From: Candidatus Sigynarchaeum calidifontis
Lineage (GTDB): Archaea; Asgardarchaeota; Lokiarchaeia; Sigyniarchaeales; Sigyniarchaeaceae
Reading direction: 5' to 3'
DNA: 14,361 bases
NCBI GenBank assembly: GCA_030587475.2
Contig: JAUQYZ020000046.1
Location: 1-14,361, forward strand
Shown here piece by piece: positions 6,995 through 13,636 of this stretch. The notes under the pieces were generated by a model, which made no database searches, was not told the origin of the DNA, and was given only the letters and a program-made list of their open reading frames with translations. Within the stretch, counting starts at the first letter, position 1. Every line of letters begins with the position of its first letter. A program made the translations under genes and the position numbers.

Positions 6995-8164
6995 TCACTT
7001 GAGCATGGCAATGAACTTGTCAAAAAGGTATTCCGTGTCGTATGGGCCCGGCGTGGCCTCGGGGTGGAATTGCACGGCGAAAGCGGGTTTTGTCTTGTGC
7101 CGGATGCCCTCGACGGTCTTGTCGTCGGCGTTGATGAAGTAAACCTCCATGTCAAGCGGCAAGGTATTTTGGTCGACCGCAAATCCGTGGTTCTGGGTAG
7201 TTATAAACGTGTGCTTGGCAGGATCGGTGAGGTCAATGACGGGCTTGTTGGACGCCCGGTGCCCGAATTTCATCTTGTAGGTGTTGGCGCCGACACCGAG
7301 GGCCATGATCTGGTTTCCAAGGCAAATGCCCATCGTTGGCAAGCCGTTGTCGATGCAAGAGCGTATGGTCTTGATGGCAGCCTTGCAATCCTTGGGGTCA
7401 CCTGGGCCTGGCGAGAAGATTATCCCGGCTGGCTTGAGATCTTGCACCTGCTCCCACGTGGTGTCCCACGGCACGCGCACGACGTTGACGCCACGCTTGA
7501 GCAAGCAGCGGATGATGTTGTACTTCACGCCGCAATCAACGAGCACGACGTTCTTGTGCCCGTCCGGGTGCCCCGAGACATCGTACCGCTTGTTTTCCTT
7601 CACGCTCACTTCTTTGACGAGCTGGCGTGTCACGTTTGGATCTGGCGTCTCCATCGCGCGTTTCTTGAGGTCATCATAATCAATGTGCTCGCCTTCCTCG
7701 GCAACTTTCAAGATACCAAGCATAACTCCATAATTACGCAGTATCTTGGTAAGCTGGCGCACGTCGATGCCCTCGATGCCCGGCTTGTTCTCCTCACGCA
7801 GCCACTGGTCGAGTGTTTTTACCATACTGTAATGATAGGGGTGCTTGCAGCATTCCCAGACGATCAGACCCTCGGGCTTGAAGGACTCTGACTCGAAATA
7901 TATTGAAAGGCCCCATCGATCCCGTGCATCGTAGCTCGGGACGCCATAATTGCCGACGAGCGGCCCTCCCAAAGCAGGTATTTGCCCTTTGTAACTTGGA
8001 TCGCTCAAGGCTTCGGTATAACCAGAAGAGGACGTGTTAAAAACGATTTCCCCAGACACTTCGGTGCTTGCGCCGAAGCCGGTGCCCTTGAAAATCATGC
8101 CGTTCTTGAGGGCGAGTGCTGCTTCTCTCTGAACCACGATTCGATCACGGAGTTTTGTTTCCAT
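6995..8164 (-). CDS. carA: Carbamoyl-phosphate synthase small (glutaminase) subunit
   Basis: GEIVFNT...DPSYKGQI, GIEGIDVRQLTKILR, oxyanion loop SPGPGDP, nucleophile GICLG, QNHGFAVD and triad VQFHPE. ATG 8164 preferred over TTG 8176. Confidence 0.97.
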   Translation of the reverse strand: METKLRDRIVVQREAALALKNGMIFKGTGFGASTEVSGEIVFNTSSSGYTEALSDPSYKGQIPALGGPLVGNYGVPSYDARDRWGLSIYFESESFKPEGLIVWECCKHPYHYSMVKTLDQWLREENKPGIEGIDVRQLTKILRNYGVMLGILKVAEEGEHIDYDDLKKRAMETPDPNVTRQLVKEVSVKENKRYDVSGHPDGHKNVVLVDCGVKYNIIRCLLKRGVNVVRVPWDTTWEQVQDLKPAGIIFSPGPGDPKDCKAAIKTIRSCIDNGLPTMGICLGNQIMALGVGANTYKMKFGHRASNKPVIDLTDPAKHTFITTQNHGFAVDQNTLPLDMEVYFINADDKTVEGIRHKTKPAFAVQFHPEATPGPYDTEYLFDKFIAMLK

Positions 8165-8656
8165 GAATGCTCTCAAGTTTATTTATGTTATCGTAATAGG
8201 TTTGAGGGTCGCTCCAGCCTCCCGCGATGCCGAGTTTCATCTCGCAATATCGCTCATCCTCTTGTCGAAAAAAGCTGCTATATATTTTTGTTCAATGCAA
8301 CTTAAATTTCAATGCACAATTATCAACAACAATTTTTTCGTATACAATCACGTTTACATTAATAATGCCTCATCGTTCTTGCAACGACTTCGTCGTACGA
8401 TTTTCAGCGTGCAATCGGGTGACCGCCCGATTAAACCGTTAATAAGGAGAGACCAATGTTAATTTTTTTTAATGCGGCCGCATTGATGACTAGAAACGTT
8501 GATCCTCCGATGGTGCACAGACCGACAGTCTTTATTCATCCCTCTCTTTATTGGCCACCGGACAACTTTTTTGTTCTCCCTTCTGAAGGGTTTCCTTCTC
8601 CTCTATCATCACCGTTCCAAAATAAAAAACTTTAACACGTAAAAGTGAAAACAAGC
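8165..8656. promoter_or_regulatory. Divergent carA/carB control region with TATA-like boxes, repeats, hairpins and candidate uORFs
   Basis: Visibly more AT-rich than the flanking genes. TATATA at 8279-8284 with A-tracts on both strands. AAAAAACTTTAA at 8624-8635, whose TTTAA starts 26 nt before the carB ATG. Palindrome AATGCGGCCGCATT at 8471-8484 and hairpin at 8413-8432. Confidence 0.7.
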
Positions 8657-11600
8657 ATGCCCGTATTTCCATGGTTGAAGAAATGCCTGATATTAGGATC
8701 CGGTGCCATCAAGATCGGTCAAGCGGGGGAATTTGACTATTCAGGATCCCAGGCAATCAAGGCCGTTAAAGAAGAAGGTATCGAAGTTATTCTCGTGAAC
8801 CCGAACATCGCTACGATTCAAACCGACCCCGGACTCGCCAACAAAGTGTACCTTCTCCCCATCACCGAGGATTACGTCGAGGAGGTCATCAAGAAGGAGC
8901 GTCCAGACGCGGTACTGCTGGGATGGGGCGGTCAGAACGCGATCAATGTTGGTGTCAACTTGGCTAAGGCGGGCGTGTTCGACAAATATAACTGCAAGGT
9001 CATCGGCACGCCGGTATCCGCGATCGACATCACGGAGGATCGTGAACTCTTCCGGCAAGCCATGCACAGGGCTGGCGCCAAGATCGCCGAGAGTGGTAGT
9101 GCCACGACGGTCGATGAGGCTCTCGCCATCGCCAAACGGATAGGATATCCTGTCATGATCCGTGTCGGGTACACGCTCGGCGGTAAAGGATCTGGCGTCG
9201 CGCGCAATGACCAGGAGCTCGCGGAGATCGCGAGCCGTGGCATCAAGGCCTCGATGATCCGGCAAGTCCTCATCGAGCAAGATATGACAGGTTGGAGGGA
9301 AATCGAGTACGAAGTTTGTCGCGATTATAACGACAATTGCGTCACCATATGCAATATGGAAAACGTCGACCCGGTTGGCATTCATACGGGCGATAGTATC
9401 GTCGTCGCGCCGTGCATGACACTCAACAACAGGGAGCTGGAAATCATGCGCACGGCCACGATCAACATCATCCGCTCCGTCGGCATCATCGGGGAGTGCA
9501 ACATCCAATTTGCGCTGCACCCGACTAGCGAGGAGTTCCGGGTCATCGAGATCAACCCCCGGATGTCACGGTCATCGGCACTCGCGAGCAAGGCGACCGG
9601 CTATCCCTTGGCCTACATTGCCGCCAAGATGTCCATCGGATACTTGCTTCCCGAGCTCATCAACCAGGTGACAAAAAAGACAACCGCGTGCTTCGAACCC
9701 GTCTGCGATTACGTCGTGCTCAAGGTCCCGCGGTGGAACATGGAGAAATTTTCGCGCGTGAGCCGGAAAATCGGCACCCAGATGAAGTCAGTCGGCGAGG
9801 TCATGGCCATCGGGAGAAACTTCGAGGAAACTCTCCAGAAGGCCATACGTATGCTCGATAACGGCAAGAATGGCCTCGTGTGCAATAAAGCGCTTCAAAA
9901 AATAACTGACAAGGAACTGGAAGACGAGATCGCGAACCCGTGTGATAACCGAATCTATTGGATAGCCGAAGCGTTCAAGCGCGGGTTCACCGTCGACATG
10001 ATCTACGAACTTTCCAAGATCGAGCGTTGGTTTCTCTACAAGTTCAAGAACATCGTGGATCACGAGCAGGAGCTGCGCAAGATTTCTATCACCGACCCGG
10101 ACGAGATCAAGGCCCCTGCGCTCCAGCAAGCCAAGAGGCTTGGGTTTTCCGACAAGCAGATAGCCATCTGTTGGAAAACGGACGAACTTGTTGTCAGGCG
10201 CGAGCGCATGCGATTTGGCATCATACCCTATGTCAAGCAAATCGACACCCTCGCCGCCGAGTTCCCGGCAAGCACGAATTATCTCTACATGACCTACAAC
10301 GGCTGCGAGGACGATCTCGATTTCAAGCTCCAGAACCCGGATGGCAAGAAAATCATTGTTCTCGGTAGCGGTGTCTATCGCATCGGTAGCAGCGTGGAGT
10401 TTGATTGGGGTTGCGTCAACATGGCATGGGCACTGAAGAAAAAAGGCATCGACGAAGTGATAATGATAAATTACAACCCCGAGACCGTTTCCACCGATTA
10501 CAACGAGTCGGACAAGCTCTACTTCGAGGAACTCACGCTGGAGCGGGTGCTGGACATCATCGAGAAGGAAAACCCGTACGGCATCGTGGTCTCGGTCGGG
10601 GGCCAGATTTCGAATAACCTAACACCAAGGCTCGTGGAAATCAGCCAGAAGTATCGTCTCCCTGGCATCAAGATCCTGGGCACAGAAGGAAAAAACATTG
10701 ACCGGGCCGAAGACCGGGAGAAGTTTTCCAGCTTGCTCGATCATCTCGGCATCAAGCAACCGGGTTGGAAGCGGCTTTTTTCGATCGATGAATCCATCCA
10801 GTTTGCAAGTGAGGTCGGCTATCCGGTCATCGTGCGACCGTCATATGTCTTGTCTGGTGCCGCGATGCGTGTTGCCTACAACGAGCGGCAGCTGCGAGAA
10901 TTCCTGGATCTGGCAGTTAACGTGACCGACCCGCGTATGTCCATCGTCGTGAGTAAATTCATCGAGGATTCACGGGAGGTCGAGATCGACGCGGTCGCCG
11001 ACGGTGATGACGTTTTCATCGGCGCGATCATGGAACACATCGAGAACGCGGGCGTGCACTCGGGAGATGCTGACACGGCCATCCCGACCTTCACGATCTC
11101 GGATGAGGCCATCCAGAAAATCGTCGACAACACGAAAAAGATAGCCAGCAGCTTGCAAATAAAGGGACCATTCAACATCCAATATATCGTTGATGGTGAT
11201 GACGTTTTCGTCATCGAATGCAACCTCCGCAGCTCGCGTTCAATGCCATTCGCGTCCAAAACGCGTGGTATAAATCTCATGAAATTAGCTGCCGAAATTC
11301 TCCTTGGCGGGAAAATCCGTCCCATCCTCGGCGAGGAAATAGATCACGTTCCCCACTTCAACTTTTACGGCATCAAGGTGCCGCAGTTCTCATTCATGCG
11401 GCTAAGTGGTGCCGATCCCATCCTCGGCGTGGAGATGGTGTCGACCGGGGAGGTCGCGTGCTTCGGCTTGTCGTTCGAGGAGGCGCTCCTGAAATCGCTC
11501 ATCGCCGCCGAGTTCGACATCCCTCTCAATAGCAAGGGTGCGGATGGCAAGGGAAAAGTTGTCCTGATCACCGTAGGCGGTGAAAAGCTCAAGGCACAAT

Positions 11601-12004
11601 TAATACCGATCGCGAAGCGCTTCGAGGCCATGGGCTTCCGGATCTTTGCCACGGAGCACACGGCACAAGCATTTCTGGATGAGGGAATTGATGTGACCAC
11701 CGTATATAAGATCAGTGAACCACAACGCCAGCCTAACATCCTCGACTTGATCCTTGATGGCACGATTTCCATGCTCATCAATATCCCCATGACCATCACG
11801 GAGGAGAAGTTGGTAGCAATGTTGGATGATGAATACCAGATACGTCGCAAGGCGGTAGAATACGGCATCCCGGTACTCACGAACATGGAACTCGTTAATA
11901 GCATTGTCACGGCAATGGAGACTTTGCAAAACAATCGGTTTGGCGAAAAGTCGACCCTTTCATTAAACGAGTATTTCCAGATGTGTGACCGGCTCTATTG
12001 GTAG
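8657..12004 (+). CDS. carB: Carbamoyl-phosphate synthase large subunit (two ATP-grasp domains plus MGS-like C-terminal domain)
   Basis: LGSGAIKIGQAGEFDYSGSQA, GIHTGDS, IEINPRMSRSSALASKATGYPLA, VLGSGVYRIGSSVEFDW, NYNPETVSTDY, RPSYVLSG, GVHSGD, ECNLRSSRS and IRRKAVEYGIP. ATG 8657 (MPVFPW) matches the usual MP- start. Confidence 0.98.
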   Translation: MPVFPWLKKCLILGSGAIKIGQAGEFDYSGSQAIKAVKEEGIEVILVNPNIATIQTDPGLANKVYLLPITEDYVEEVIKKERPDAVLLGWGGQNAINVGVNLAKAGVFDKYNCKVIGTPVSAIDITEDRELFRQAMHRAGAKIAESGSATTVDEALAIAKRIGYPVMIRVGYTLGGKGSGVARNDQELAEIASRGIKASMIRQVLIEQDMTGWREIEYEVCRDYNDNCVTICNMENVDPVGIHTGDSIVVAPCMTLNNRELEIMRTATINIIRSVGIIGECNIQFALHPTSEEFRVIEINPRMSRSSALASKATGYPLAYIAAKMSIGYLLPELINQVTKKTTACFEPVCDYVVLKVPRWNMEKFSRVSRKIGTQMKSVGEVMAIGRNFEETLQKAIRMLDNGKNGLVCNKALQKITDKELEDEIANPCDNRIYWIAEAFKRGFTVDMIYELSKIERWFLYKFKNIVDHEQELRKISITDPDEIKAPALQQAKRLGFSDKQIAICWKTDELVVRRERMRFGIIPYVKQIDTLAAEFPASTNYLYMTYNGCEDDLDFKLQNPDGKKIIVLGSGVYRIGSSVEFDWGCVNMAWALKKKGIDEVIMINYNPETVSTDYNESDKLYFEELTLERVLDIIEKENPYGIVVSVGGQISNNLTPRLVEISQKYRLPGIKILGTEGKNIDRAEDREKFSSLLDHLGIKQPGWKRLFSIDESIQFASEVGYPVIVRPSYVLSGAAMRVAYNERQLREFLDLAVNVTDPRMSIVVSKFIEDSREVEIDAVADGDDVFIGAIMEHIENAGVHSGDADTAIPTFTISDEAIQKIVDNTKKIASSLQIKGPFNIQYIVDGDDVFVIECNLRSSRSMPFASKTRGINLMKLAAEILLGGKIRPILGEEIDHVPHFNFYGIKVPQFSFMRLSGADPILGVEMVSTGEVACFGLSFEEALLKSLIAAEFDIPLNSKGADGKGKVVLITVGGEKLKAQLIPIAKRFEAMGFRIFATEHTAQAFLDEGIDVTTVYKISEPQRQPNILDLILDGTISMLINIPMTITEEKLVAMLDDEYQIRRKAVEYGIPVLTNMELVNSIVTAMETLQNNRFGEKSTLSLNEYFQMCDRLYW

Positions 12005-12010
12005 AACCAA

Positions 12011-12030
12011 CACGTTAACGCACGTTAACG
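12011..12030. repeat. Perfect tandem repeat (CACGTTAACG)x2, each copy containing the palindrome CGTTAACG
   Basis: Read directly from the sequence, 6 nt after the carB stop. Confidence 0.8.
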
Positions 12031-12113
12031 ATTCAACGCTCCGACAGTGTTAAAGTACGGTATTTATTCATTCACGACGATCAAGTATTAAACACGCGAA
12101 AAAAGGAGATAGA

Positions 12114-13175
12114 ATGTCGGGGCAACAACCAGCCGCCAAGAACGAGCTGCGCTGGAACCCGTTCTACCGGAAGTGGGTCATCATGGCACCCGCTAGACAA
12201 GATCGCCCGGTAGACGTGAAAGACCAGAAAATAGAAGCGGCGCAGAAAAGGGCGCAAGAAACCAGTTCCACCCAAGCCTCCACCAGCCCAGCAAGAAAGT
12301 GCCCGTTTTGCGTTGGTGCGCCCGAAGTCCCAGAGCCGTTCGATGTGAAAGTGCTTCCGAACCGGTTCTCTGGCCTCGAATTGGATAGCAAGACCGTGTT
12401 CACGGAATTGCGAGCAGGTAGCCCGTTTCGTGTGGCCCCGGCGATGGGCTTGCAGGAGGTCGTGCTCTTTTCCCCGGACCACGACACGAAGCTCGGCGAT
12501 TTGCCGGTCGAGCAAGTGACCAAGATCGTCAAGGCCTGGAAGGAACAATACGTGCGTGTTGCTGCCATACCCGGGATCCAGTATGTCTACCAGTTTGAGA
12601 ACCGGGGAACGCTGATCGGGGTTTCTTTATCCCATCCCCATGGACAAATGTACGCCTTCTCTTGGATCCCCTTGTACATCAAGACCGAGCTCGAGTCCTT
12701 CAAGGATTACCGCGCGGATCGCGGCCGCTGCTTGCTCTGCGATATTGTCGCGGAGGAGAAGCAATTAAACGTGCGGGTCATCAAAGAAAATGCTAATTTT
12801 GTAGAAGTAGCCCCGTTCTATGCGTTGTGGCCGCATGAGGTGCATCTCTACCCGAAAAGGCACGTGCAATCGTTCGCGGACTTCGATGACCGGATGATGC
12901 AGGATTTCGCCGAGATCTTGAAAGATTTAAACCAGCGATACGACAGGCTGTACCCCGGGATTGAATTCGCGTTCGTCATGGCGATACATCAAAGGCCGGC
13001 TTCGCGTGAAGAAAACTACGACTACTATCACTTCCACGTGGATTTTTACCCGCCGCTGCGCAAGGCTGACCAGCAAAAATTCGCAGCGGGTGTCGAACTC
13101 GGCACGGGCGCGTGGATCAATTCGACACTACCCGAGAAGACCGCGGAGCAGTTGCGTGCAATAAAGATCGGTTAA
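12114..13175 (+). CDS. galT: Galactose-1-phosphate uridylyltransferase (GalT, HIT-like family)
   Basis: ELRWNPF...APARQDRP, CPFC, PNRF, FENRG...GVSLSHPHGQ (HPH nucleophile), CLLC, PFYALWPHEV and KFAAGVELG. SD AAGGAG at 12103-12108. Confidence 0.93.
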   Translation: MSGQQPAAKNELRWNPFYRKWVIMAPARQDRPVDVKDQKIEAAQKRAQETSSTQASTSPARKCPFCVGAPEVPEPFDVKVLPNRFSGLELDSKTVFTELRAGSPFRVAPAMGLQEVVLFSPDHDTKLGDLPVEQVTKIVKAWKEQYVRVAAIPGIQYVYQFENRGTLIGVSLSHPHGQMYAFSWIPLYIKTELESFKDYRADRGRCLLCDIVAEEKQLNVRVIKENANFVEVAPFYALWPHEVHLYPKRHVQSFADFDDRMMQDFAEILKDLNQRYDRLYPGIEFAFVMAIHQRPASREENYDYYHFHVDFYPPLRKADQQKFAAGVELGTGAWINSTLPEKTAEQLRAIKIG

Positions 13176-13313
13176 CATCGACCAATCCTGGCGAGGTTCC
13201 GTGTGTTGCAGAGGGAACACGCGGGTCATACCATACTTCGGTGTCACGAGCCTATAATATCGAGGAGGGGGTTGTTTCATCCGTTAACCACACACGAACA
13301 CGGCTTGAAGATC

Positions 13314-13475
13314 ATGAAAATCGTGCCTTTACACCTCCCATCAAAGTACCTCGAAGGCCTCGACACGTTGATCGAAAGGGACATATATCCCAACCGCAGC
13401 GAAGCAATCCGCATGGCGATCCGCGACCTCCTCAAGAATGAAACGAGAAAGTTCGCCAAGCAACCAAATGCTTAA
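13314..13475 (+). CDS. Small ribbon-helix-helix (CopG/Arc/MetJ) transcription regulator, CdrS-like, 53 aa
   Basis: MKIVPLHLPSKYLEGLDTLIERDIYPNRSEAIRMAIRDLL has a beta strand plus two helices and the YPNRSEAIR signature. An in-frame TTG at 13272 after GAGGAGG is an alternative start. Confidence 0.88.
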   Translation: MKIVPLHLPSKYLEGLDTLIERDIYPNRSEAIRMAIRDLLKNETRKFAKQPNA

Positions 13476-13476
13476 A

Positions 13477-13492
13477 TTTCTTTCCCTTTTTT
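13477..13492 (+). terminator. Pyrimidine/oligo-T tract, probable terminator after the RHH gene
   Basis: TTTCTTTCCCTTTTTT lies right after the stop codon. Confidence 0.55.
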
Positions 13493-13636
13493 CATCGGTC
13501 ATGTCAACTGAACATTCGTCAGAGAAAATCATTTCCATTTTCAATCGTTCTAGCACGATGGAAATCGATGCATCGCCATCGTATCGAGCGATGGCAACTT
13601 TTAATTGTCCGAAAACCGATATCGGTTCGATATATC

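Noticed and set aside
6923-7891. 322-aa + strand ORF antisense to carA
   Set aside because: It is a shadow ORF of a GC-rich gene, with no recognisable motifs, and lies almost entirely opposite carA.
7982-8462. ORFs 7982-8305, 8163-8462 and 8227-8442 in or near the car spacer
   Set aside because: They have no SD or motifs, cross the putative TATA elements and partly overlap carA in antisense.
74-13164. Other long alternative-frame or antisense ORFs (e.g. 74-601, 847-1440, 2296-3147, 3513-4058, 8741-9520, 11365-11934, 12081-12548)
   Set aside because: They overlap confidently identified genes and have Arg/Pro/Gly-biased or mirror-codon composition without domain signatures.
13176-13313. Fluoride riboswitch, tRNA, hammerhead or SECIS interpretation of the stem-loops
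   Set aside because: Core consensus motifs are missing (no GAUG...UGA fluoride core, no TTCRA T-loop, no CUGAUGA/GAAA), and no gene in the window needs an in-frame TGA read as Sec.
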